This document shows positions 16,844 to 27,925 of a stretch of DNA of 64,000 nucleotides, one piece after another. Below the pieces are notes generated by a model. It ran no database searches, had not been told where the DNA came from, and saw nothing but the letters and a program-made list of their open reading frames with translations. This stretch comes from Comamonadaceae bacterium (GTDB lineage Bacteria; Pseudomonadota; Gammaproteobacteria; Burkholderiales; Burkholderiaceae_C), in the NCBI GenBank assembly GCA_947478725.1, contig CANJWZ010000017.1, positions 5,901 through 69,900 on the forward strand, given 5' to 3'. Position 1 is the stretch's first letter; every line of letters starts with the position of its first letter. Position numbers and translations under genes: made by a program.

Positions 16844-19623
16844 TCATTTGTCATCTGCCCCTGTACCGTGCCTATCGACCACATCCCGCAGCCCCGCGGC
16901 ATCACCCACCACCACGTCCCATGCCCAGGTGCCAAACCCGCCATGCACATTGACTGCCTCAACCCATTGCGCCAGTGCGGCTCGCTTTGCCTGGTCTTGC
17001 GGTGAATCCACGCCTTTGATCTCCAGCACCAAAGTTTTGCCAGTCACGTAGCGCACCAAAAAGTCTGGAATGTATTTGCGCTTGGAGCCGTTCCACAAAT
17101 ACAAAATGTGAAAGCCCAGGTGATCGTTCTTCGCCCAAGCCGCCACCGAGGGGTGCGCCTCGACAACGTTGGCCGCGTACTTTTCCCAACCACTGTCCAC
17201 CACGATGTGGCTCACCTGGCAGCGCGCTGTGGGTTCTGCAATCCGGGTCGTGTACCAGGTGCGCATGTCGCGGGTGCTGCCGATGGGGCGCTCACCGTCA
17301 AATACCGGCTCCAGCTTGTGGGTGTTTTGCTCAAACACGTTTTGCATCAGGTGCTGCGTGATCAGGTCAATGTGCAGCGAATACAAAATTCGCTTGCGCA
17401 GCGGGTCTTGGTGAAACAAGGACGGAATATCGATCTTGTCAGACGCCAAAAACACTTCGACCAGCCGCACCAGCTGAAACACCAAATATTCGCGTTGGCC
17501 TTTGAACTGCTCTTGCAGCAGCTCAAAGGCCCGCTGCGCCGCTTTGAACACCAGCCGTTGCAGACGAAATTCTTCGGGCAGCTTTTCCAGGTCAATTTTT
17601 ACCACCTGGCTCCAGTCGGCAGCACCGCCTAAAGCGGGCGCAATGTCGGCGTGCAGGGCAACTGTGGCCGGGTCGATTTTGAGCACGCCAACTTTGGTCC
17701 ATTCCACCACCAGTTGCGGGCGCACCACCTGGTCCACGCGCAAGATGTTGGGCCACTTGATCTCAAACAAATGGCGGGTGCTCAGAGATTCAATTTGCGT
17801 GCTGGGCTTGGGTGGTGGCGGGCTGCTGTCGCCATCGCCGGGCTGCATGGCAATCGACAGCGGCACACCAAACACGTTGACAAACTCGGGCAGGTACAGG
17901 CCTTTTTCGTCCTTGTCATAGGCCACGCGCCGCAGGCCCCGGCCAATCACCTGTTCGCACAGCAGTTGGCTGGTAAAGGCACGCAGGCCCATGATGTGGG
18001 TCACGTTTTTGGCATCCCAGCCTTCAGACAGCATCGCCACAGACACCACGTTTTGCAGGTCTTGCCCAGCCTGTCCGCGCTTGCCCACCGTGTCCACCAG
18101 TTCGCGCAGCAGCTCTTCCTTTTTCATGCCGCGCAGGGCCGCTTTGCGGCTTTCAGGAATGCGCGCCGCTTCGATGATCTCTTTCAAGCGCAGCTCGTAG
18201 TCTTTGTCAGAACTGGCGGTTTCGCCCAACTCGGCTTTTTCCAGCACCTTGGAATCGACCCGAAAGGTGCGGGCAGCATCATGCAGCTCTGGCCATTGGG
18301 CATGACCCTTGGCAAAGTAGTGTTCTACCCGCGCGGCGGTCTCGGTGCGGTTGCACACCGTCAACAACACCGGCGGCGACAAATGGCCCTGTGCTGCCCA
18401 GTCGGCGGCTGTTGCGCGCCAGTCGGCCCCCAGCAGGGTGTACGCCTGCTGCACCAAGGCAGGCAGCGCTTCATGAGCCTCCGCTTTACGGTTCAAGTCA
18501 TTGGCCACATTGGGCTCGCGGTACAGGTGGTACAGCTGGGGCCGCAGCGTTTGTGCATTGGGCAGCGCAGCGGCGCGCACCACCACACGCGGGGTTTTAA
18601 CCAAGCCGGCCTCAATCGCATCGTTCAGGCCAAAGTCAGACACCACCCAGCTGAACAAGCCCGCTTCGGTGTTGGTGCGCCCGGTGGGGGCAAAGGGCGT
18701 GGCAGACAAGTCATAGCAGCGGGTAATGCGCCGGGTCTTGTGCAGGCGGTCCAGGCCCTCAACCCAGCGGGTGGCTTCGTCGGAGTCAAAGCCTGCTGCT
18801 TCAGCATCTGCCTTGCTCATCTTGAAATCGGCGGGCGTGCGGTACGCATGGTGCGCCTCGTCGTTGATCACCACCAGGTCTTTGTAGGTGGCGAGCTTGC
18901 CCAACACCCGCTTGGTAAAGGCTTCGTCGCTTTCCTTGCCCTTTTTGACCACCGAACGGTCTTGCTGCTTGAGCGGCATCAGCGTGTGCCAGTTCTCAAT
19001 CAACACATCGGCACGGTTCAACTTTTGGCGCATCGCCTCAGACGGGCACAGTTCAAAACTGTCGTAATAGTTCTCCAGGTGGCCGGGCATCAGCACCTGC
19101 AAGCGCGACTTGACCGTCAAGCCCGGTGCCACCAAAAAGATAGCGCTTGAATACTTGCGCGGCGACTTGGGGTAGGTCAACGCGTTCAGAACCTGCCAGG
19201 TGATGATCATCGCCATCACGGTGGTTTTGCCGCTGCCAGTTGCCATCTTGTTGCACAGCCGTTCAAATGCCCCGCCATCGCCTTGCACGTTAATACCCTG
19301 ACGGAACTCGGGCAGCGCCTCCAGCATCCAGATCAGGGTTTCAATCGCTTCGAGCTGACAAAAATAAAACGGGTACTGGCGGCGCGACACGCCGTCTTTG
19401 TCCCACCAGTGGGTCAGCAATTCGAGCGTGACCGCAGTCACGCCGGGCCAACCAGCGGGATGGCCACTTGGCGGCGCGTGTTCTCGCGGGTGTCGATGAT
19501 CTCGTAGCCTGCCGGGCGGCGCGTGGGTTCTTGGCGCAGGGTGCGGTCGGTGTTTTCAGCCCAATGCTGCTGCGGCTCAACAAAAGCCGAATTGATGATG
19601 AGCGATTGCGGGGCAGTCATCAC
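16844..19623 (-). pseudogene. res: Type III restriction endonuclease Res subunit, frameshifted near the 5' end
   Basis: ORF 19438-19623 encodes the N-terminus (LIINSAFVEP...RRPAGY). ORF 16844-19441 holds MATGSGKT, INDEAHH, SEGWD, QVIGRGLR and the nuclease motif PDF...LEIKG. The frames join at GCTGGT near 19450-19457. Confidence 0.8.
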
Positions 19624-19630
19624 GCGCCCC

Positions 19631-22600
19631 TCAAAGCGCAGTGGCGGCCACCAGCCGCATCACCTTGAGCGACTCAATGCCGCGGTCATCGACAATTTTG
19701 ACGGCCACCGCTTGGTTGGCTCCCGCCTCAAACGGCAGCGACACGGTGCCCACAAAGTGTTTGAGCAAGTCCTCGTCCAGCTCGGCACGGATGTCTTTTT
19801 TGAGCTTCATCCAGCCTTCGTCTTTGCCCGCCATCGGGAAAAAGAACTGGTGCGGAAACAAACTGCGCCCGTCATAGTCGGTGTCCAGCGACCAGGCTGC
19901 AATCTTGGCCTTGCCGCCCGACACCAACTCGCCCTTGGCGGTGTCAAAGTAGTCAAAGCCATTGACTTCAACTTGCCACAGGCCGTCTGGCAAGGTCGTC
20001 AACTGCACATCGGGTTGCCCCATCAGCCAGAAGCTCTGGTTGGTGGTCGATTTGGAGGTGGCCTTCTTCAGGTCTTCGGTCAGCAGGTCGGTGTTCATTT
20101 GCGCCTTGAGCGCGGTGATGCCTTTGAGCGCATCAATGTCTTTGGCGGCTTCAGGGTCAAACGCAAAGGCACAAAACACAATCATCTTGGGCCGCGGGAA
20201 CAAGTCACCCGCCTCGTCCAGTGCGTGCTCGACCTGGCGCTGCTCCAGCGCGCCATGCTCGGGGCCAAAGCTGATCACCACCCGCTCGCCAGTGTCTAGG
20301 TGGCCGCTGGCGTGCAGGCAACTGGTGCCGGGCAACACCTCCAGCTCGGCAAACTTCAGCATCTGGCCGCCCTTGCCGCGAATGCCTGCTTTAAGAAGTT
20401 CGTCGCGCCACGCATGCTGGCGGCTGGTGTTGCCGCTGCGGGCCACCGACATATCGGCCAAATTGGTCAAATTGGCCTCATGCCCTTGCGGAACTTGGGC
20501 AGCGTGCTCTTGTAACGATAGCACGGTAGGAAAAGGCACAGCCTCCACCGTGAACGGGCCGGTGATGCGCAGCTTGTCCTTGGTCTTCTCGGGCTGGTCG
20601 TACAGGGTTTCGCTGTCGGCTTGGGCGGCGATGGAGCGGTCCATCTCGGCCTGCATTTTTTGGCGGGCGGCATGAAAGCCAGCAAGCCAAGGCTGCACCG
20701 CTGCGGGCCAGTCTTGGGGCAGGTCAAACGGCACCTCCCACTCCAGCAAGGCCGCACCTTTTTTGCCCAGCGCCAGTTGTTGCCCCTTGCGGGCGCCTTC
20801 GGTCACGGTGAACGCATGAGCAGGCGGCGTGGCTGCCAGCCCGGCGTTGAGCGCAGCCAGCGCCGCCTCAATGCCGGGGTGCAGTCGCTCGTAAATGGCG
20901 TCAATCTCAGGGTTGTTGGCAATGCTTTTGAGCGTGACGTGCGGCACGGTTTTGTAGATAAAGCCGCCCTTGAGCCCTTCGTGCGGGTAGCGCAGCGCAA
21001 AGTAGTCAAAGCTGGCCGTCATCAGCCGCTGCTTGGCCAGGGTGACGGCCACCCGCGAGGTGTCGCAGGTGATCCAGCGGCGGCCCCATTTTTCGGCGAC
21101 GTAGGCCGTGGTGCCGCTGCCGCATGTCGGGTCCAGCACTAGGTCGCCGGGATCCGAACACATCAACATGCACCGCTCTATGACTCTTTCATTAGTCTGA
21201 ACAACATAAATCAGCCCCGAAGCCCCCATTAGGTCAGTCCAGATATTTGCAATGGGCGTAACTGAAAAGTCAGCCAAGTACTTCTTGAACCTTAGCTTCT
21301 TCGTTGTACGTAACACTCGCCCAGCTTTTACAGTGCGATAAACACCTGGCGAAGTTGTACTCCAGTGGCGTGTGGGCGCGGGCCTGAACTCAACGCCATC
21401 GACAATAAGTGGGAAGTGAAATGACTCTGAGTAGCCGTTGGATTCAATAGAAACCGATTGATAAGCGCCTAAATCGTCTTCGAGTCGATATTGGGATTCG
21501 GCGGCTCCAGTGTCAGCCTTGTCGCTAAAGAGTTGTCGATACTTCATTACCGCTTTATCTTTGGCGTACCAAACAATGAAATCACCAATTGTTGCCAATG
21601 AATTCAGCCTCGCATCTGGGCTGCTAACCGCCCCAGTTTTTCTGACTGTGATAACCGACACAAAATTTTCCAGCCCAAGAATCTCATCGCAAATTTGTCG
21701 AACCAAATGCAGGTTCTCATCCGAAATCTGCACAAACACGCTACCCGTCTCACTCAGCAAATCCTTCGCCAGCAGCAGCCGGTCGCGCAGATAGGTCAGG
21801 TAAGAGTGAATCCCCAGCTCCCAAGTGTCGCGAAACGCCTTGATCATTTCGGGCTCTTGGGTCAGGTCGGCGTCGCTGCGGTCTTTCACGTCGCGCTTGT
21901 TGGTAAACGGCTGAAAGTTGCTGCCGTACTTGATGCCGTAGGGCGGGTCGATGTAGATCATTTGCACCTGCCCGGCCATGCTTTCTTTTTGCAGCAGGCT
22001 GTTCATCACCAGCAGGCTGTCGCCCGCCACCAGGCGGTTGGCCCAGCCCCGGTCGTGTTTGTAAAACTCCAACGCCGAGCGCAAAGGAAGGCTTTCGAAC
22101 GGGGCTTCAAACAGGCCGGGCTGTAACCCGGCGGGCGCCGCCTTGCCATTTTTCTGGCTGTTCTTTTTGTCCTGCCGCTTGCTGACAGCAGACAAGATGC
22201 TCACAGTGTCAATCCGCTCGTGCACATGCAGGCTGACCGTGTCAATCTCAAAGCTGGTGCGCTCGGCCTTGCCCGTCCATTGCAGATAAGGCGCGCTCAT
22301 GCGGCGCAGCTCTTCTAGCGCTTGGCGCATGGCGGCAGGGTCGTCACCGGCCAGCGCGTCTTCAATCAGCTTTTCAGCGCCGGCGCGGGCGGCGTCAAAT
22401 TGCAGGGCGGGGTCCAGATGCGGGTCGTAAGCCCACGGGGTTTTGGCCTGCTCGGGGTCGCGGGCCACGTTGACCAGACCGGCCTCAGGATTGTTCTTGC
22501 GGCGGTCTGGGTGGCGGTAGGCCAGCACTTGTGCAGCACCGGCACCGGCGGGCTTGGCAGTTGGCTTGTGTTGGGCGGGTTTGGGGCCTTTGGCAGCTGG

Positions 22601-22897
22601 CAGCGCAGCCACCACAACTGGCACAAAGGCATCGCCCAGCAAGTCAGGGCCTGATGTGTAACCCGGCGTTACACGTGCAGTAGCACCACCCCGGCCTTTG
22701 CCTTTGACCGCCTGCCCCGACTCAAGCAAGGTGTTGCGTGTTGTTTGAAAGTCTGATTCAACGACAGCTTTTAACCCGGCTGCCTTGGCAGCTGGTAAAA
22801 ACTGTGACTTCAAACTGGCGTTGCCAACCGCCGCGCCATCGGCTGGCAGCAGCTGCAAAAGAATGTTTTTCAAGCGTTGTTGTCTGGACTCCGGCAT
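19631..22897 (-). CDS. mod: Type III RM N6-adenine methyltransferase (Mod)
   Basis: IYIDPPYG (motif IV) and DPTCGSGTT (motif I) in beta-class order; directly upstream of res; start at MPESRQQ. Confidence 0.92.
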   Translation of the reverse strand: MPESRQQRLKNILLQLLPADGAAVGNASLKSQFLPAAKAAGLKAVVESDFQTTRNTLLESGQAVKGKGRGGATARVTPGYTSGPDLLGDAFVPVVVAALPAAKGPKPAQHKPTAKPAGAGAAQVLAYRHPDRRKNNPEAGLVNVARDPEQAKTPWAYDPHLDPALQFDAARAGAEKLIEDALAGDDPAAMRQALEELRRMSAPYLQWTGKAERTSFEIDTVSLHVHERIDTVSILSAVSKRQDKKNSQKNGKAAPAGLQPGLFEAPFESLPLRSALEFYKHDRGWANRLVAGDSLLVMNSLLQKESMAGQVQMIYIDPPYGIKYGSNFQPFTNKRDVKDRSDADLTQEPEMIKAFRDTWELGIHSYLTYLRDRLLLAKDLLSETGSVFVQISDENLHLVRQICDEILGLENFVSVITVRKTGAVSSPDARLNSLATIGDFIVWYAKDKAVMKYRQLFSDKADTGAAESQYRLEDDLGAYQSVSIESNGYSESFHFPLIVDGVEFRPAPTRHWSTTSPGVYRTVKAGRVLRTTKKLRFKKYLADFSVTPIANIWTDLMGASGLIYVVQTNERVIERCMLMCSDPGDLVLDPTCGSGTTAYVAEKWGRRWITCDTSRVAVTLAKQRLMTASFDYFALRYPHEGLKGGFIYKTVPHVTLKSIANNPEIDAIYERLHPGIEAALAALNAGLAATPPAHAFTVTEGARKGQQLALGKKGAALLEWEVPFDLPQDWPAAVQPWLAGFHAARQKMQAEMDRSIAAQADSETLYDQPEKTKDKLRITGPFTVEAVPFPTVLSLQEHAAQVPQGHEANLTNLADMSVARSGNTSRQHAWRDELLKAGIRGKGGQMLKFAELEVLPGTSCLHASGHLDTGERVVISFGPEHGALEQRQVEHALDEAGDLFPRPKMIVFCAFAFDPEAAKDIDALKGITALKAQMNTDLLTEDLKKATSKSTTNQSFWLMGQPDVQLTTLPDGLWQVEVNGFDYFDTAKGELVSGGKAKIAAWSLDTDYDGRSLFPHQFFFPMAGKDEGWMKLKKDIRAELDEDLLKHFVGTVSLPFEAGANQAVAVKIVDDRGIESLKVMRLVAATAL

Positions 22898-23003
22898 AGG
22901 CTCCCTCTTGTAAGATTTTGTATCTAGCTTACACGAGGTTGATAAACCAGCAGCCAAGAGCCGTAGCGAGCCCTGCCCCTGACAGCCGCCTACACTCAAG
23001 CCC

Positions 23004-24794
23004 ATGACCTCTGAACGCGCCAAAGCCAAAAGCCCCAAATCATTGTCTGGACTGCTACCGTTTTTGCGGCCTTACCGGGGCCGGATTGCGCTGGCGGGGT
23101 TTTTTCTGGTGATGGCGGCTGTGTCGACGCTGGTGTTTCCGCTGGCGCTGCGCAGTTTGATTGACGGTGGCCTGGTCAATGGCGACACCGGTGCTGCGGG
23201 CAAAGGCGGCCAGTTGATGGCGCTGCGCAACCATTTTTTTGAGCTGTTTGGCGTGGCGGCTGCGCTGGGCTTGTTTTCTGCCGGGCGGTTTTACATGGTC
23301 AGCTGGCTGGGCGAGCGGGTGACCGCCGACTTGCGTAACGCGGTGTACGGCCACGTGCTCAAGCAAAGCCCGCAGTTTTTTGAAACCACCCAAACCGGTG
23401 AGGTCTTGAGCCGCCTGACGGGCGACACCACGCTGGTGCAAACAGTGGTGGGCTCGTCGCTCAGCATGGGGCTGCGCAACATGGTGATGGGCATCGGTGC
23501 CATCGGCATGCTGGTCTACACCAATCCGTATTTGATGCTGCAAATCGTTGGCGCGCTGATCTTGATCGTGGCACCGACGGTTATTTTTGGCCGGCGGGTA
23601 CGCAAGCTGTCGCGCGCCAGCCAAGACCGGGTGGCTGACTCCAGTGCCATTGCTGCTGAAGTATTGAACGCCATACCGGTGGTGCAAAGCTATGCGGCTG
23701 AGGGGCGCGAGGCAGAGCGCTTTAACCAGTCGTCAACCAAGGCGTTTAATGTGGCGATTCGGCGATCTTTGGCACGCACGGTGCTGGTGGCGTTCATCAT
23801 CATTGCCACGTCAGCCGCATTGCTGTGGGGCCTGTACCAAGGCACGCAGGCGGTGATGCGCGGCGACATCACGGCGGGGCATTTGGGCCAGACGGTGGTG
23901 TATGTGATTATTTTGGCCAGCGCGTCTGCGGTGCTGGGCGAAACCTACGGCGACCTGCTGCGAGCCGCGGGTGCCACCGAGCGGCTGATGGAACTGCTGG
24001 ACTCGGCATCGCCGATTCGTTCGCCTGCCAACCCAACGCCAGCCCCGCTGATTGAAGCCGGCAGCGCGGTTGAATTTGACGCGGTTAGTTTTAATTACCC
24101 GTCGCGGCCGCTGCAGTCGGCGCTTGGCAACTTCAGCATGCGGGTGACGCCGGGCGAAACCGTGGCCATTGTTGGCCCCAGCGGTGCCGGCAAAAGCACG
24201 GTGTTTCAGCTGTTGCTGCGCTTTTATGACCCGCAGTCAGGCCGCATTGCGCTGGACGGCGTTGCCACGCGTGACATGGCTTTGTCAGAGCTGCGCCAGC
24301 GGGTAGGCATCGTGCCGCAGGACGCGGTGATTTTTTCAAGCAGCGCTTTAGAAAACATTCGCTACGGCAAACCCGACGCCACCGACGATGAGGTCAAGGC
24401 CGCCGCTACAGCAGCGTTTGCCGATGAGTTCATCCAGCGGCTACCCGAAGGCTACGACACCTTTTTGGGCGAGCGGGGTGTGCGCCTGTCGGGTGGGCAG
24501 CGCCAGCGCATTGCGATTGCGCGGGCGATGCTGAAAAACTCGCCCCTGCTGCTGCTGGACGAAGCCACCAGCGCCCTTGACGCCGAAAGCGAACGCATGG
24601 TGCAGGCGGCGCTTGAATCGGCAATGAAGGGCCGCACCACGCTGGTGGTGGCGCACCGACTGGCAACAGTGCAGCAAGCCGACCGCATTTTGGTGCTGGA
24701 CCACGGCCAACTGGTGGAACAAGGCACGCACACCGAGTTGGTGGCACGCGGCGGCGTTTACGCCCGGCTGGCGGCTTTGCAATTTACCAGCTAG
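23004..24794 (+). CDS. ABC exporter, fused permease and ATPase (MsbA-like)
   Basis: Six-helix membrane domain, GPSGAGKS, LSGGQRQR, LLLDEATS. Confidence 0.9.
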   Translation: MTSERAKAKSPKSLSGLLPFLRPYRGRIALAGFFLVMAAVSTLVFPLALRSLIDGGLVNGDTGAAGKGGQLMALRNHFFELFGVAAALGLFSAGRFYMVSWLGERVTADLRNAVYGHVLKQSPQFFETTQTGEVLSRLTGDTTLVQTVVGSSLSMGLRNMVMGIGAIGMLVYTNPYLMLQIVGALILIVAPTVIFGRRVRKLSRASQDRVADSSAIAAEVLNAIPVVQSYAAEGREAERFNQSSTKAFNVAIRRSLARTVLVAFIIIATSAALLWGLYQGTQAVMRGDITAGHLGQTVVYVIILASASAVLGETYGDLLRAAGATERLMELLDSASPIRSPANPTPAPLIEAGSAVEFDAVSFNYPSRPLQSALGNFSMRVTPGETVAIVGPSGAGKSTVFQLLLRFYDPQSGRIALDGVATRDMALSELRQRVGIVPQDAVIFSSSALENIRYGKPDATDDEVKAAATAAFADEFIQRLPEGYDTFLGERGVRLSGGQRQRIAIARAMLKNSPLLLLDEATSALDAESERMVQAALESAMKGRTTLVVAHRLATVQQADRILVLDHGQLVEQGTHTELVARGGVYARLAALQFTS

Positions 24795-24929
24795 CGATGG
24801 GGTGAATTGAAGCGCTGCCCTAACTATGCGTTTTTTGCATAGCTATAACCAAAGCTGGCCTTGGACTTTTGACAGGCAGGCTCCTACAGTCTGGACTTCT
24901 TTGCAAGATGCCCAACCCCGGAGTTATGA

Positions 24930-26249
24930 ATGTCATACGCAAGCGCCGCCCAGCCAGTCGCCGTCGATCACGGCCAACACCCCCTGCCCTCGTACTTGGA
25001 CGCCAGCAACTTAGGGCCCTGGGGCAACTACCTGCAACAAGTTGACCGCGTCATACCGCACCTGGGCAGCCTGGCGCGTTGGGCCGAAACACTCAAGCGG
25101 CCCAAGCGGGTGCTGATTATCGATGTGCCGATTCACATGGACGACGGCACGGTGGCGCACTTTGAAGGCTACCGGGTGCAGCACAACGTCTCGCGCGGGC
25201 CCGGCAAAGGCGGCGTGCGATTCCACCAGGACGTGACACTGTCTGAGGTGATGGCGCTGTCGGCCTGGATGTCTGTGAAAAACGCAGCCGTCAATGTGCC
25301 CTACGGCGGGGCCAAAGGCGGCATTCGGGTGGACCCGAAAAAGCTATCGCTTGGTGAGCTGGAGCGCATGACGCGCCGCTACACCAGCGAGATCGGCATC
25401 ATCATTGGCCCGAACAAGGACATCCCCGCACCAGACGTGAACACCAACGAGCAAATCATGGCCTGGATGATGGACACCTATTCGATGAACACCGGCTCCA
25501 CCTCAACCGGCGTGGTGACGGGCAAGCCGATTGATTTGGGCGGCTCGCTCGGCAGGCGTGAAGCCACCGGGCGCGGCGTGTACACGGTGGGCTGCGAAGC
25601 GGCGCATCACATCGGCATGGAGATCAAGGGCGCGCGCGTGGCGGTGCAGGGCTTTGGCAATGTGGGCGGTGTGGCGGGCAAACTGTTTGCCGAGGCTGGT
25701 GCGCGCATTGTGGCGGTGCAAGACCACAGCGGCACGATTTACCAGGGCGCTGGCCTGGACGTGCCGGCGCTGCTGCAACATGTGTTGGCAACCGGCGGTG
25801 TGGGCGGCTTTGCCAAAGCGGAAGTGATGGCGAACGACACTTTCTGGGACGTGGACTGCGACATCTTGATCCCCGCTGCGCTGGAGCAACAAATCACCGC
25901 TGACAACGCAGGCCGCATCAAAGCCCGCATGATCATCGAAGGTGCCAACGGCCCGACCACACCAGCTGCCGATGACATCTTGCAGTCACGTGATATTTTG
26001 GTGCTGCCCGACGTGATTGCCAATGCAGGCGGCGTGACCGTCAGCTACTTTGAATGGGTGCAGGACTTTTCGAGCTTTTTCTGGGACGAAGAAGAGATCA
26101 ACGCACGGCTGGTCAAAATCATGAAGCATGCTTTTGCAGCCGTGTGGGATGTCGCGCAAGACCAAAAAGTCAGCTTGCGCACCGCCACCTTTATTGTGGC
26201 CTGCAAGCGAATTTTGCACACCCGCGAGTTACGCGGTTTGTACCCTTAA
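24930..26249 (+). CDS. gdhA: Glu/Leu/Phe/Val dehydrogenase (glutamate dehydrogenase)
   Basis: [37 protein letters not shown]. Confidence 0.92.
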   Translation: MSYASAAQPVAVDHGQHPLPSYLDASNLGPWGNYLQQVDRVIPHLGSLARWAETLKRPKRVLIIDVPIHMDDGTVAHFEGYRVQHNVSRGPGKGGVRFHQDVTLSEVMALSAWMSVKNAAVNVPYGGAKGGIRVDPKKLSLGELERMTRRYTSEIGIIIGPNKDIPAPDVNTNEQIMAWMMDTYSMNTGSTSTGVVTGKPIDLGGSLGRREATGRGVYTVGCEAAHHIGMEIKGARVAVQGFGNVGGVAGKLFAEAGARIVAVQDHSGTIYQGAGLDVPALLQHVLATGGVGGFAKAEVMANDTFWDVDCDILIPAALEQQITADNAGRIKARMIIEGANGPTTPAADDILQSRDILVLPDVIANAGGVTVSYFEWVQDFSSFFWDEEEINARLVKIMKHAFAAVWDVAQDQKVSLRTATFIVACKRILHTRELRGLYP

Positions 26250-26280
26250 CCCTTAACCCTTCAACGGGTTGATGACCGAC

Positions 26281-27840
26281 TCACTCCAGATTCAGCTCCT
26301 GAATCTTGCGCGTGATGGTGTTGCGGCCAATGCCCAGTTTTTGCGCGGCTTCAATGCGGCGGCCACGGGTATTGAGCAATGCGGTTTGAATCAGTTTGGA
26401 TTCAAACCTGCGGCTGAGCACGTCCCACACGTCGCCACAGCCTGTGGCCAGCAGGGCTTGCGCCTCCAGTTCCAGGTCGGCCTCCCAGCCGTTGCTGGCA
26501 GATCCACTCGCGTTGCCGCTCAACACGATCGGTTTGGCCCCTAGCGCCGTATTGAATGGCTCTGGCGTTGACGTGACGAAAGGCTCATCAACGTCGGTCA
26601 CAGGCTCAGTCACAAGGGCAGTCGCCGCTGCCGCATGCGCCGATGCCACTGGCGGCCTGGCCAACTCTGCGCCAGCAGTGCCTATCACTTCGGGCGGCAG
26701 GTCCTTGGACTCAATCACCTGTGACGGTGCCATCACGGTGAGCCAGTGGCAAATGTTTTCCAGTTGGCGCACATTGCCCGGAAAGCCAAATTTGCTAAGC
26801 TGCTGCAAGGCCGAATCTGAAATGCGCTTGGGCTCGACGCCGAGCTGCTTGGCGCTTTGCTGCAAAAAGTGGCGGGTCAAAGTGAACACGTCTTCACGCC
26901 GCTCGCGCAGCGCAGGCAGGCGCAAACGGATCACGTTCAGGCGGTGGTACAGGTCCTCGCGGAACACCCCGTCCTTGACGCGTTGCTCGAGGTCTTGGTG
27001 GGTAGCGGCAATCACGCGCGGGCTGGCCTTGATGGCGATGTGCCCGCCCACCCGGTAAAAATGCCCGTCGCTCAGCACACGCAGCAAGCGGGTTTGCAGG
27101 TCAAACGGCATGTCGCCGATTTCATCGAGAAACAGCGTGCCACCCTCGGCTTGTTCGAAGCGGCCGCGGCGCATGGTTTGCGCGCCGGTAAACGCGCCGC
27201 GTTCATGACCAAACAACTCGCTTTCCAGCAACTCCTTGGGAATGGCTGCGGTATTGATGGCAATAAACGGGCCGTTGGCACGGCTTGAATGCTTGTGCAG
27301 CGCCTTGGCCACCAGCTCTTTGCCCGAACCCGATTCACCCGTGATCATCACCGTCACATTGCTCTGGCTCAGACGGCCGATGGCGCGAAACACGTCCTGC
27401 ATGGCGGGGGCCTGACCCAGCATTTCAGGGGCTTCGGCCATGCGCTCTTCGGAGACCTCTTCGCGCTGGCTTTCTTCCACCGCCCGGCGAATCAGCTCGA
27501 CCGCTTTGGGCAGGTCAAACGGCTTGGGCAGGTATTCAAACGCACCGCCCTGAAAGGCTGACACAGCGCTGTCCAGGTCAGAAAACGCCGTCATGATGAT
27601 GACCGGCAGGCCTGGCAGTTTTTGTTTGACCTTGTCGAGCAGTTCCAGTCCAGAACCACTGGGCATGCGAATGTCGCTGACCAGAACTTGCGGGCCGTCG
27701 TCTTCGCCCGCCTCGGCCAGCGCAGCCAGCACCTCGCGTGGGTTGGTGAAGCTGCGCGTGGGCAGGTTTTCGCGCAACAAGGCTTTTTCCAGTACGAACC
27801 GGATCGACTGGTCATCGTCAACAATCCAGATGGGCTTCAT
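26281..27840 (-). CDS. ntrC: Nitrogen regulation response regulator NtrC
   Basis: Receiver domain, [15 protein letters not shown]-terminal [15 protein letters not shown]; downstream of ntrB and glnA. Confidence 0.95.
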   Translation of the reverse strand: MKPIWIVDDDQSIRFVLEKALLRENLPTRSFTNPREVLAALAEAGEDDGPQVLVSDIRMPSGSGLELLDKVKQKLPGLPVIIMTAFSDLDSAVSAFQGGAFEYLPKPFDLPKAVELIRRAVEESQREEVSEERMAEAPEMLGQAPAMQDVFRAIGRLSQSNVTVMITGESGSGKELVAKALHKHSSRANGPFIAINTAAIPKELLESELFGHERGAFTGAQTMRRGRFEQAEGGTLFLDEIGDMPFDLQTRLLRVLSDGHFYRVGGHIAIKASPRVIAATHQDLEQRVKDGVFREDLYHRLNVIRLRLPALRERREDVFTLTRHFLQQSAKQLGVEPKRISDSALQQLSKFGFPGNVRQLENICHWLTVMAPSQVIESKDLPPEVIGTAGAELARPPVASAHAAAATALVTEPVTDVDEPFVTSTPEPFNTALGAKPIVLSGNASGSASNGWEADLELEAQALLATGCGDVWDVLSRRFESKLIQTALLNTRGRRIEAAQKLGIGRNTITRKIQELNLE

Positions 27841-27925
27841 GCTGCTTTGTCCCTTTGGAGTTCATCCACTGTGTGTCTGTCAAAAAATCAGGCGCCAGAC
27901 ATCAAGCGAGCTGTCACATCAAGCC

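Noticed and set aside
26500-26700. Ala/Pro/Thr-rich insertion in NtrC before the HTH
   Set aside because: A low-complexity linker in a normally variable position; the frame is intact.
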